From assembly GCA_977017645.1 (NCBI GenBank), contig OZ360230.1, forward strand, positions 14,260,001-14,324,000: a stretch of DNA of 64,000 bases, in the 5' to 3' direction. How positions within the stretch are numbered: position 1 is the first letter of the stretch; every line of letters starts with the position of its first letter. This stretch comes from Torpedo marmorata. Its lineage: Eukaryota. The position numbers and the translations under genes are program-made. Below are positions 12,460 to 24,500 of the stretch, piece by piece. Below the pieces are notes generated by a model, which searched no databases, was not told the origin of the DNA, and saw only the letters and a list, made by a program, of their open reading frames with translations.

Positions 12460-13424
12460 TTGAAGGAAGGATGTAAATAAATATATTGGAATCAGTTCGG
12501 AGCTTTATTAGACTGAAACCTGGAATGGATCATTTGGTTTTTGAGGAAGTGTTGGACAGACTGGAAGAGTCGGGGTGACTGATTCAAACATGTGATATCC
12601 TGAGAGGCCTTGGCGGGTTGATTGTGAAGAAGATGGCAGAATCTAGAACTAGGTTTCACTGTTTAAAAATAAAGGGATGACAGGAATGTAGCAACATTTT
12701 TTCGTTCTTTCTCAAAGGGTGGTGGAAGCAGAGTCTTTGAATATTATAAAGAATAGGAAGATAAATATATGAAAAACTATGGATTGGGATGCGGGGATGA
12801 GATTACAATCAGTCAACGATGCTCTTATTATATATTGAACAGATTTGAGGGGCTAAGTCCTGCTCGTAATTTATATGTTTGAATGTTCACATCACTGCTC
12901 TGAAAATTCAAGAAATATGGGAACTTTATGCTTTCAACTAAAATCTGATAGTCTGTGCTCCTTGCTTTAGGCCAGGTTTTTAAATCAACATGAGAGAGGT
13001 CAAGTCACAAAGCTTACCTTCCACATCAGCAATCATTTGGTGCATAGAAGCACCTGTGCACCTCAATATGTTGCTATGGCTTCCTCTCTCAGGGCCAATC
13101 AGAGAACATGCACAGGGTAGTGCTTTACATCACTGTAGTTTTGCAGCAGAAAACTGATTCCTAACAAAATCTTGCATCATCTAACCAAGAAACACATCAC
13201 AATTGCTTGAAAAGTATAACACATTAAAGGAGAAAATTCTAAAAAGTATTCTCTGTCACATGGCATGAGACACTAAACTACACAGAGACAGAAAATTACT
13301 TGAGTTTTTTTTAACCAAACTTATTCTTATGGATTTCATGGATTTTTCCTTCAATAGGCCCCTTCAACGTAACGTGAATCTCTTCTCCTCTGTGAGAGAT
13401 GTCAACGGTGGTTCAGTGCCTAAA

Positions 13425-13468
13425 ATGTTTATGTGGTCCAAGCCACAACAGAAAGAGCAACCAGCAAG
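13425..13468 (+). CDS. KCNMB2: BK channel beta subunit (KCNMB2-like), coding exon 1: MFMWSKPQQKEQPA(R)
   Basis: MFMW matches the beta2 MFIW ball peptide; donor AG|gtaag; acceptor ttcaatag ends at 13357; phase fits the next exon. Symbol means family similarity; orthology not established. Confidence 0.8.
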
Positions 13469-14840
13469 GTAAGATTTAATTCCTGCCTTTCCTCAATTCT
13501 GTCAGGTAAATGGTAAATCAACAGCATATGGAAACTCAGCAATTTTGTTAACACTTAAGTTTAGTGATATAAGTTTTCACTTGAAGCAGAGCACATGAAA
13601 TAGTTTTCCACCTGAATGCCTTTCCTTTGATTGGAATAGATTTTTCTTTGATAAGATATATAAATATAATTTAAAGTTACAAGATAGCACAATTTAGAAC
13701 CTTTATGCCAGGAGTTCTCATAAAAGTCTGCAGTCTCAGATATTAAAAAATATATGATTATTTTAAAATATCAAATAAAAAGAATTAGTTTATATTTTAT
13801 AGATTGATTGATTGATTGATTACATTGATTTTGCCTAGAATGTGAATACATAAAATTTACTTGTTTGCTTCTGCTAACTTCAAACAGCATCAGAAAATGT
13901 TTGTTAACTGATAAAATCGACACGAAGCATGAGTCAGAGAAACAGGGGATATGGAACTTTTCATTTAACTGTTAATTTAGTGAAAGTTTTCTGTCTTGAT
14001 TGTCTGCTAGAAGTACAATTATCAGATGGACAATTTCAAATTATTTTCTTGTGTCACTGACTGAGAAAGAAGAGATAGAGAGCAGGAACACATCCTGACC
14101 TGTCTGCCTGCTTCCCATGTTCTGATTCCCTGTCATACCCAATGCAAATCGTCCAAAGAATTCTGGTATCTTGAACTCCATTTTCATTGTTGGAAGCCAT
14201 GTAGACAGATCAAATTATTTCCAAACTGCAAGATGCATGAGTGCAACTAAATTCTTTTTGGAGGATGTCTTCCTTGAATTGTGATAAAGATGTCTTTGTG
14301 ACAAGAGACTCGGTTGTCAAAATGATATTATTTTGAGCTTCAAATTGTGCCCCGCTGCTATGCATTGTAAGCACATAAGGGCTGTAAGCACCCCTCATAA
14401 AATCAGAAGAGATTTTTTTTGTTAACACGACATTTCTGCAAATATTTCACTTGGTTTTAAGGGAAAATGCATTTGGCTTTCACTGATAAATCCTCCATTT
14501 TCAATTCAATTGGTAGGAAGTAATAATTCAGGGTCTGCTGGAACCATTGGCCATTTGGAACATAACTGCTAATAGTGACGCACTCTGCAATTGACTAATT
14601 GACTTTTTTCACACACCTTCAACAATAAACAGATGAAACTGGCATCCACTGTGGGCATGGGGTAGAAATCACATTGCTATTGAAATAAATTAATGAAACC
14701 GTAAAGTGTTATCTGCATGTAGGCCAGAAGGCCTATCAAAGCTATTAATAGCTCTGTAAAGAGAGAACCAAAAACTAGCAAAGCAAAATTATTGTTTGCA
14801 AAGCTTTGTGAAGAAAAATACTGAATGTTATTACAAAATA

Positions 14841-15030
14841 CTAGCAATGCTTTACAGCACCAGCGACCCGGGTTCGAATCTGGCGCAATCTGTAAGGAGT
14901 TTGTAGGTTCTCCCTGTGTTTCTGTGGGTTTACTTCGGGTGTTCCGGTTTTCTCCCACCAGGGTTTGTAGGTTAATTGGTGTATTTGGCGGGCCCTGTTA
15001 CCATGCTGTATATCCAAATTTAAATTTAAA
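14841..15030 (+). mobile_element. tRNA-derived V-SINE (HE1-like)
   Basis: B box ggttcgaatc followed by the V-domain-like gagtttgtaggttctccctgtgtttctgtgggttt..tccggttttctcccac. Confidence 0.8.
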
Positions 15031-15765
15031 ATATACAGAGCTGTAGTGTAATGTGTCAGAGGAGTAAAGTTGAAAGGGAATAGAGGAATGTATGCCACAA
15101 TATTTCATAGTTTTAATAATTATGTAATATGTAGGTCAATTCTCCAAGTATTTAATCACAGGACTTGGTTATGTGGTACTTTCTAATGAAAATATTATAT
15201 TACAGCGTTTGTTATTAACCCCTTTCTTTCCCGCACTTTTGTTCTGCTGAAGTATAATATCACATAGCAGAAAGTTTCAGTGTGGGTGAATGATGCAATT
15301 GGTTTCTGAATGGACCACAAACAATGCCATACTGTTCTGCTGGAACAAATGTGGAATGGAATAAATACATGCCAGAACTTTGGAGGATGACATTTAAAGC
15401 AGAGAGCGTAAAAAATACATGTACATTGGAAAACTAGATGACACACAAGATCCATGAATGGAAATGGCATAGCTAAGTATAGAGCTGAAAGAGACCTCAG
15501 GAGCTCTGAAGATATGGGCCAAAGGATATGTAACTAATGGACAGGAGCTACCAGTAATCTTACAAGATGTTGAACTATACAACTAGCATGTGGGCTATCA
15601 GACAGAGGAGGTGATGATAAAACTACACAGTGCCTGGTCAAACCTCATCTAAAATGTGTCCCACTTGGGGTCGTGCAGAAAAAAATAATGAGGTTGATTA
15701 TCAATGTCAGCAACATAATTTATGGGGAAAAGCTAAATATCCTTGGCTGAAGATCCATGGATGTA

Positions 15766-16029
15766 AAAAGTAAACAGTAAACACGAAAATCTGTAGACAC
15801 CGTGGTTGAAGTAAAAAACACAAAAGCTGGAGAACTCAGCAGGTCAAACAGTGTCTTTTATGTAGCAAAGGTAGAAATACATAACCGACGTTTCAGACTT
15901 GAGCCCTTCATCAAAGTATGAGAAAATGCCGGCAGGCGTCCCGGCATTTTCTCATACTTTGATGAAGGGCTCAAGTCTGAAACGTCGGTTATGTATTTCT
16001 ACCTTTGCTACATAAAAGACACTGTTTGA
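15766..16029. mobile_element. Penelope-derived fold-back insertion
   Basis: Perfect 89-bp inverted arms at 15844-15932 and 15941-16029; 14-bp TSD gatccatggatgta at 15752-15765 and 16028-16041. Confidence 0.9.
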
Positions 16030-16299
16030 TCCATGGATGTACCCTGATTTGTTGAATCCCTCCAGCATTGTTTATTGCTCCAGTGAATTGGACAAATCAT
16101 TTACAAATCATTCCAATGTTGCAACTGATGCATGTATAGTCACCCCCACTGGAAGAAGGCAGATTATGACATCAATCACAGGCCACATTTATTTGATGCC
16201 AGCAATGTCAAATTAGAGTTCAATACTCCAGCTAATAGCATCACTTTACCTTGTGTTCAGCTGCAGTAAGGACCGGTCTCCTTTCCCCCTTATTTCTCA

Positions 16300-17380
16300 C
16301 CACCAGCGTAGTCATTTTTGCAATTTTACAATAGCTTGGCACTTTCCTGAGTTGCTGATAGTTTGCCACCTGTAAAGCATGCCCAATAATTTACAGATAT
16401 TATCTAATTAGCCTTGTATATTCCATTTATGCAATCTTCCATGTGCCTTTACTTGGCCCAGCACTCCAGAGGAGGATCAGTCGAGGCTGCAACATTGCTG
16501 GAGGAATGTTGACTTACAAGGAGGATAGCTGTGTGGAATAACCTTGATCAGTTTTGCACCAGAAGGCTCAGGCTGAGGTTGTAATGTTTCAGCAGACACA
16601 GCAGAGGTTTGAGCTGGGTGGTGAAGAGGCATCAGCCATGGCTCTGGTAAAAATGACATTGATAGGATGACAAATGCTGTGATCCTGAGAAAGGAACCAG
16701 TGACATTCCTCTGGGAGATGCCCCAGTGATCCTAATAATCCACTGGAGGACAAAATGCCAGACTACTGAACCATGGTATGTCGCGCCTTGATGTTGACAG
16801 CCCCCGCTCACATGAGTAAAGTCCAAACTTCCATTGATACACGGCTTCTAATTGAGCTGAAATGGACAGCAAAATATCAGGCGCTTCTGAGCCGAAGACA
16901 CATCCGCCACTTCTGAACTGGAAAAGATGGATTCCAAACTCAGCTGGACTCCATCTATCGCACAACAGCAGTAGGAGATCTTTGTGAGATGGAGACTCCT
17001 TGTTTCATCACCCCTAGCTTGATAACGACCAAACAGTTTAAATAGAGTGGAGCCAGTATTCCTGCCCAACAGCATGCAGAATTAGGATCCCTCTGAAGGT
17101 CCATATGTTACTTTTACTCTCATCTTGAGGGTGTATTAAGATGTCCTTTTGACACATATCCGGCAACCCTTCAGTGAGGCATCACACCAGACCTGGCATA
17201 CCACAGAGGCAGTTTTCTTTTTCACTCACTGGTGTGTGAGATTCCTCAGCTCATGAAGGCTAGAATAAATTGCCCCTGCATGCATTTGGTGAAATAACCA
17301 GCTGTGATTCCTTACACTTACACTGATATCATTGGTCTGTGGATCTTTGAGGTTACTAAGTTACTGTTTTATTCACTTCT
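16300..17380 (-). mobile_element. Ancient degraded LINE (endonuclease region)
   Basis: Weak resemblance to a CR1/L2-group APE-domain sequence; no intact ORF. Confidence 0.35.
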
Positions 17381-17519
17381 AATCTGCTTTTTAAATTTAA
17401 GACAATACTGACTTGTCAACTGACACCTGTGATTCCACAGGTTATAATGCAATCCACTGGCATCAGGGTTTCAATAAAGTGAAAGATAGGCTTTTCTAAT
17501 GTATCTGTTTACATTTCAG

Positions 17520-17690
17520 AAACATATATAAAAAGATAAGAGCACACGATATTCTGGACAAACGGAAAACAGCTACTGCTCTGAAAGCTGGAGAGAACAG
17601 GGCCATATTTCTGGGTCTGGCAATGCTGGTGTGTTCAATATTGATTGCCTTCCTTTTGGGAATAAAAGTGGTCCAACACAACAAGGAGAG
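17520..17690 (+). CDS. KCNMB2: KCNMB2-like coding exon 2 (N-terminus and TM1)
   Basis: NIYKKIRAHDILDKRKTATALKAGENRAIFLGLAMLVCS versus beta2 NIYQKIRDHDLLDKRKTVTALKAGEDRAILLGLAMMVCS; tttcag| and |gtagca; 171 bp. Confidence 0.93.
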
Positions 17691-17714
17691 GTAGCAGAGA
17701 AATAACTATTTGCC

Positions 17715-19492
17715 TTTTCTTTTTCTTTTTAAAATATTTTTATTGAGTTTCAACAATAAACATGTATACAGAGTAACAGAATTAAGAAAAACATTCCAAA
17801 AAATCAGCTGGTATTCATACATGTATATAAAAAAAACTAAGTAAATTGTCGTAATGAAATTCTGAATATAGGTTAAAACTCTAGTTCCGTATAATTATCT
17901 TAAAAAAACCCAATTGAAAATAAAATAAAAAGAAAGACAAAAAAAAACCCACTAATAACGAATCTATTCTAACCCCTCCCTCTAAGCAAGGTTACCTTGA
18001 TGTTGGTAAAAGGAAGGAAAAGACAAAAAAAGGTATGGATCCTGTAGCGACCTCCAAGCAATGGAGGTCAGTTTTGTTAATTCTTCCAATCATGATAGTA
18101 TTCAATGAATGGCCCCCAGCTCTTTAAAAATTGAAACTTTCTATCTTTAATATTATATCTAATTTTCTCCAAACTCAGATAGGACATTACATCTAGTAAC
18201 CACTGTCTATGTGTCGGTGATAACTCATCTTTCCATTTCAATAAAATTGCTCGTCTGGCAATCAACATGGAAAAAGCTAAAACTTTTTCCTGTGATGCAG
18301 ACAAAGGTTTGTTAAGTTCACGTGAAAAACCAAACAGAGCAATTATAGGACATGGTTCAATATTAATCTTAAAAATCAATGATAAAGTTTTAAAAATATC
18401 CTTCCAAAATCTCTCCAAATTGGGGCATTCCCAAAACATATGTATCAGTGAAGCTTCAAAAATTTTACATCTCTCACACAATGGATCTATGTCAGTGTAA
18501 AAACATGATAGTTTAAGTTTAGACATATGAATTCTATGCACCACTTTAAATTGTAATAAACAGTGTCTAGCACAAAAAGATGAGGCGTTAATTAGATCAA
18601 GAGCATTGTACCAATCTTGATCTGAAAATGTAACATTCAAATCACGTTCCCATTCATTCTTGATCCCCGTCATAGAAGCTACTCTGATTTCCAATAAATT
18701 ATTATATATACATGATGTTAATCCACGTTGGAAAAAGAAACGTATATTTAAAAAGTAAATCGAGAAAATTAGAACTTAAAATTCGAGGAAAATCTGAAAG
18801 CTTAGACTGAACAAAATGTCTAATTTGTAAATATCTAAAAAAATGTCTATTAGTAAGATTAAATTTATTGACCAATTGTTCAAAAGTGGCAAAACTATCT
18901 CGAATAAAAAGATCATTAAAACTATGAATTCCCAATCTATACCATTCCCTAAATCCTACATCCATCACAGACGGCTGGAAAAGGTGATTATCTATAATAG
19001 GACTAGCCACAGAAAAGCTATTAAATCCAAAAAATTTTCTAAACTGTGCCCATATTTTCAACCTATATCTCAATAACGGGTTATGAGTTAATTTAAAAAA
19101 TGAAAATGGTAAAAAGGATCCTAAAATTGCTAACATCGATGTTTTTTTTGAAAACTTCAATTCCATTTCCACCCAGGATGGGCGATTCTCTAACTTATCA
19201 AAATGCAATAACAAAAGCAAATTACGAATATTAATCGCCCAATAATAAAATCTAAAATCTGGAAGTGATAACCCTCCATTCCTTGTGATTTTTTGAAGAT
19301 GGGATTTATTTATACGTGGTTGTTTTCCCTGCCATATATATGAAGAAAGAATCAAATCTAATGAAGTAAAAAAGGTTTTAGGAATAAAATTGGTAAGGAT
19401 TGGAAAAGATATAAAAATTTAGGCAAAATATTCATTTTAATCGAATTAATACGGCCCATCATTGTAATTGATAAGGGTGACCAACCTGTTAA
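17715..19492 (-). mobile_element. 5'-truncated L1/Tx1 LINE in intron 2
   Basis: GGLSLPDFRFYYWA, CERC..HMFWEC, SLEKIRY; T-rich tail on + at about 17715. Confidence 0.9.
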
Positions 19493-20411
19493 TTGCAGGA
19501 CACTCAGTCGCGCCATGACGTAGAAAACTCAGTGAAAACGGGGGACACCACGAGAAGGTGTTGCTACAGACGCAGTAATGTAGGAGAGGCCATTTGCAGT
19601 GACCTCCTGCCTGGCAAGTCGGTCAGTGGCCACGCGGCGATCACTACACCGAGAAAGGAGAGGCGATATATTATGCGAGCACTTTCCCTGGGTGAGCGGG
19701 ACATCAGGCCCAGACCTCACCAACCCCCCAATATGACATACATCATGTATTAAACCATGTGTTTAATTTTTACTTAGCTATTTGCAATACAAACAGTTTT
19801 ATAAATTATTAAGAATAAAAATCATTCTAATTCAATCCACTCGTGCTATATTTTCTCATTTTAAATTTTAATGTGTAGGCTTAGCTTATAATTCAAAATT
19901 CTTCATAAAATGTGACGCATTCTGAAAATTCATTGTGAACATGTTTGGAAAATTAAATCCCATATCAAGCTCAAATTTAAGCTCTCCTACAGAGGAAACA
20001 ACAAACCATCTTGCCTACACATACCGAACGTATCTATTGAAATAGCTGCTTGTTACATCCATATGTTCACAAAATTTAAGGGTTTGATATTCTTTCTTAT
20101 TCCTGCCAGCCAGATTCAAATCCAGGAACTATCCAGGAATCTTGAATGTGAACTGCCACCAAGACAAGGATGCAGATTGGCATTTATAAAATATGCAATG
20201 CCAGTTAACATTGAAAATTCCAAATGTGAATTAATAATTCCTAAGAAACTGATTATTATTAGTATTAGATATCATGTACAAAAAAGCAAAATTCATATTG
20301 TGGAAGCAATGAAATGGATTCAGATTTTTAAATTAATTTTTAATTCTAATTACCTAACTAAAGATACAAATTATGTACCGGTATCTTGATATCCAGTTTT
20401 ATTTTTCTTAG

Positions 20412-20607
20412 TGCTTGGACAGAGGTGTCAAAATGCACTGTCATTGAAGCAAGAATTACAAACTGCAAAAACTGCACATTTAACTGTGGGCCAAATTGTT
20501 GGAAACCATCACAGTATGCTTGCCTACAGGTATATGTTAATTTATCCTCTTCAGGGATGAAGGTTCTGCTACACCAGTCAGAAGAAACTGTACGCTTCAA
20601 TTCTGAG
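20412..20607 (+). CDS. KCNMB2: KCNMB2-like coding exon 3 (extracellular loop)
   Basis: AWTEVSKCT..NCTFNCGPNCWKPSQYACLQVYVNLSSSG; cttag| and |gtaaga; 196 bp. Confidence 0.93.
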
Positions 20608-21648
20608 GTAAGAAACCTACCAGGGAATCCTATAAAGACTCATTAACTTGTCAGTTGAAATGAATGTAAACCAATCAAGTTTAGTGACCTTGATAGGAAT
20701 GAGGAGAAGGAAAAGATGGAAAGGCAACAGACCGATAATTGTGTGTCTAATGAAGATAATGCTTTGAGTGGTGATGTATGTGAATTAAAATAGCTGTATG
20801 TTGATTGTAAAGATGGATTTGCTTCTATTTTTGTGACTATGGAATGTTCCTCCTTCATGCAACTATCAATTACTGAACAGTTTTCTTCCATTGATTTTGA
20901 TGTTATCCTGGTTTGTTGTTTGAGTGGGTCGCCTACCAAGAACCTCCTCCAGGAAACTGATTCTATCCTGATAGATAAAGCCCTGTGTAACACCAAGCTT
21001 TCTGATTCTTAATCCTTTGAAATGGTTAAGCATACCTGGTTAAGATGAATGAATTGTTAAAGTTGTAACACAGCTTAAAATGTTTGTATCTGTCGCTAAT
21101 GTTTACCATTACTCAAAGCATTCAAAAGCAATACAAATTTATCACACTTTTTAGTTTTTAAACTGAAAATGAATTAAACGAATATTTTAAAAAAACATAA
21201 CACTTGGAAATACTTAAAAATAAAAAAAAATACATTTAAATTAACTCAATCATTTCAGAGTTATGTGTATATTCCTCTCCATTGAAATGGCTGTGCCAAA
21301 TCTTACCTGATGCAGAAGATTTCCTAGAGTAATGTAAAACAATAGGAGCTATAAACTTTGAGAAAATTGGGACTTGCATGTTCATGCATACTCGAGCAGG
21401 AGGTCCAATCACACCGCGAATTCTGACAGTTCCAAACAGCATTTTTGTGGAAATATTTGGCTATTCACATTATTAAGCATTATTAAGAACATATTATTAG
21501 AAAATTACTCCTCTAATGTAAAGTGGGAATAAAAGATTAAACTTATGGCTCAATAGTGCATATTTTCCATTTAAGATTTTCAAACATAACATAGAATCAA
21601 GAGTTTTCCATTTGTTGCCAAAGTATAGCCATTATGTGGATCAGTGGG

Positions 21649-21813
21649 CAAGCCACACAGTGGACACACAGATCAAGCCACACAGTGGACACACAGATCA
21701 AGCCACACAGTGGACACATAGATCAAGCCACACAGTGGACACACAGATCAAGCCACACAGTGGACACACAGATCAAGCCACACAGTGGACACACAGATCA
21801 AGCCACACAGTGG
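21649..21813 (+). repeat. 25-bp tandem array (about 6.5 copies)
   Basis: Unit gatcaagccacacagtggacacaca, near-perfect. Confidence 0.95.
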
Positions 21814-23842
21814 CCGAAGGCAGATGACACCTCTCAAGGCACCTCCTCTTACACCTTCAACAGGACCCCTCCCACCAAAACTCATCAAACCATCATCTCA
21901 CGCACTATCTCTGAACTCATCACTTCCGCTCATCTCCCTTCCACGGTCTCCAACCTTATTGTTTCCCATACTGCCCGGTTCTGCCTCCTACCCAAGATTG
22001 ACAAAACCAACTGTCCCAGTAGACCCATTGTTTCCGTGTGCTCCTGCCCAACCGAACTGGTATCCGCTTACTTTGACTCTGTTTTGTCCCCCCCGGTCCA
22101 GACCCTCCCCACATACATCCGGGATACTTCACATGCCCTCCACCACCATGGACATCCAATTGTTCTACACCTCCATCCCTCATACTGAAGGCCACAAAGC
22201 CCTTTGTTTCTTCATCGAAAACAGACCCAGCCAGTCCTCCTCCACCATCTGGCAGAACTTGTCCTCACCCTCAATAACTTCTCAATTGACTCATCCCACT
22301 TTCTCCAAGTCAAAGGGGTAGCCATGGGTACCTGCATGGGCCCCAGCTATTCCTGCTTTTTTGTTAGCTACGTGGAGCAATCCATGCTCAAGCCTGCACA
22401 GGCAAGGCTCCTCAAAGCTTCCTCCGCTTCATTGATGACTATATTGGTGCTCCATTATGCACCCATGATGAGTTTGTCGACTTTATCAACTTTGCTGCCA
22501 ACTTCCACCCCGACCTCAAATTCACTTGGTCCATCTCCAGCAACACTCTCCCCTTCCTCAATCTCCCTGTCTTCATCTTGGGAGACAAACTGAATATTTT
22601 CTACAAATCCACCAACTCCCACAGCTACCTTAACTACACCTCTTCACACCTTGACCCCTGTAAGAATTCCATTCCTTTCTCGTAATTCCTTCATCTCCAT
22701 CGCATCTGTTCCCTGGATAAGGTCTTCCATGTGAGATCATCCAAGATGTCCTCCTTCAAAGATCGTGGCTTCGCCTCTACTACCATCAACTCAGCCCTCA
22801 CCCACATAGCCTCCATTCCTCACACATCTGCCGTGGTCCCCTCTGTCTCCATACGGAACAAGGACAGCATTCCCCTTGTCCTCACCTACCACCCAACCAG
22901 CCTCTGCATCCAACATATCCTCCTCCACCATTTCCGCCACCTACTATGGCACATCTTCCCCGCTCCTCCCCTCTCCACCTTATTCAGGGACCACTCCCTC
23001 CATGACTCCCTCATCCACTCCTTCCTTCCCATCAATCGCCCCCTTGGCTTCTACCCCTGTGACCAAAGGAAATGTTACACTTGCGCCCACACGTCCTCCC
23101 TCACCACCATTTGGGGTCCCAATGAGTCCTTCCAAGTGAAGCAACACTTCGCTTTTGGATCTACAGAAGTCATCTACTGGATCCGGTGCTCCCATTGTGG
23201 TCTCCTCTACATCGGAGAGGCTGGACACAGACTGGGAGATCGCTTCATTAAGCACCTTCGCTCTGTCTGCTGCAATAGCGGGGATCTCCCAGTGGCAACC
23301 ATTTCAATTTCCACCTCATTCCCATGTCGTCATGTCTGTCCATGGTCTCATGAACTGCCAGTCTGGGACAACCCGCAAATTGGAGGAACAACACCTCATA
23401 TTCCATCTGGGCCCCCTCCAACCATATGGCATTTACTTCTCTGGTTTCCATTAGGCTCCCCCCATCCCTGCCCGACTCTCTCTTTCCCTATCCCGATGTC
23501 TCATTTCCTCTAGCGCTCTCTCTCTCTCCCTCTATCTCGTTTCCTCCAGCCACCCCTTCCCCCAATTAATTCTCACCTTTCCTCTCCAGTCCTCCTATCC
23601 ATGTCCAATTATCTCCTTTTTTCTTTTGGCCTGTGCTTCTCCCCCTGCCCTTTCTTCCCTCCTCCCCCAGCCTTTTTATTCTAGCGCCTGCCTGTATTTT
23701 GCTCATACCTTGACGAAGGGCTCAAGCCCGAAACATTGGTTATATATCTTTACCTCCTATGGACGCTGCAAGACCTGCTGAGTTCCTCCAGCATTTTTGT
23801 GCTTTTACTACAATCACAGCATCTAGAGACTTTTGTTATTTC
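21814..23842 (+). mobile_element. Penelope-like element (RT and GIY-YIG), frameshifted
   Basis: LPKIDKTNCPSRPIVS, GVAMGTCMGP, IYWIRCSHCGLLYIGE; terminal repeat with hammerhead-like motif at about 23710. Confidence 0.9.
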
Positions 23843-24076
23843 AGCCACACATATGTGTGCAACTGGTGTGAAGCGCCATTAGCTGCTTCAAAAATAGATA
23901 ACTGTAAAAGATGTTTTTTTTGGACTTGGTGGAGCAGAAGAAAATGGAAGAGCATTTGCAAGAGGTAACCCGTATTTTTACGCATATAACGCGCTATGCG
24001 TTTTTTTACAAACCAGGTACCCCCGCGCTTTATATGCGTGTGTGCACTATACGAGAATATTTTTACTTGCTGAAAC

Positions 24077-24340
24077 AACGCGCACAATTTATAGCGGGCG
24101 TGGGAAAGTCGCACCAGCAATTTATAGCGAGTGTGGGAATGTAATAGCGGCAATGAAAGAACGCGCACAATTAATAGCGGGCATGGGAATGTAATAGCGG
24201 CAATGAAAGAACGCGCACAATTTATAGCGGGCATGGGAATGTAATAGCGGCAATGAAAGAACGCGCACAATTTATAGCGGGTGTGGGAATGTAATAGCGG
24301 CAATGAAAGAACGCGCACAATTTATAGCGAGCGTGGGAAT
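24077..24340 (+). repeat. 50-bp minisatellite inside the MITE (about 5 copies)
   Basis: Unit aacgcgcacaatttatagcgggcatgggaatgtaatagcggcaatgaaag. Confidence 0.9.
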
Positions 24341-24349
24341 TGGGTACAT

Positions 24350-24500
24350 ACAAAATGGCAAAATTCAAAATTTTGTTCTTGGGAATATCTCTTTGGCCTG
24401 AGTGCCATGGTATTCCGAGAAAAAGGATATTCTGGCTAGGGCACTGCACCTTATCAATGTTAATTGCCCAGACCCGTCCCCTGAGGGAGGAGATTAACAT
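24350..24500 (-). pseudogene. Retroviral (ERV-L/class III-like) RT fragment
   Basis: RVWAINIDKVQCPSQNILFLGIPWHSGQRDIP resembles recalled ERV-L pol [31 protein letters not shown]. Confidence 0.6.

Larger units (their letters stand above)
10850..12880 (+). mobile_element. Degraded CR1 fragments interrupted by younger insertions
   Basis: atgggggattttaat (GDFN), aaatttgctaatgac (KFADD-like) and CR1-like 3' sequence; boundaries approximate. Confidence 0.55.

Noticed and set aside
14860-14890. tRNA gene (ggttcgaatc)
   Set aside because: B box of a V-SINE; no cloverleaf
21649-21813. CRISPR-like array
   Set aside because: Units are contiguous with no unique spacers; eukaryotic context and no cas genes
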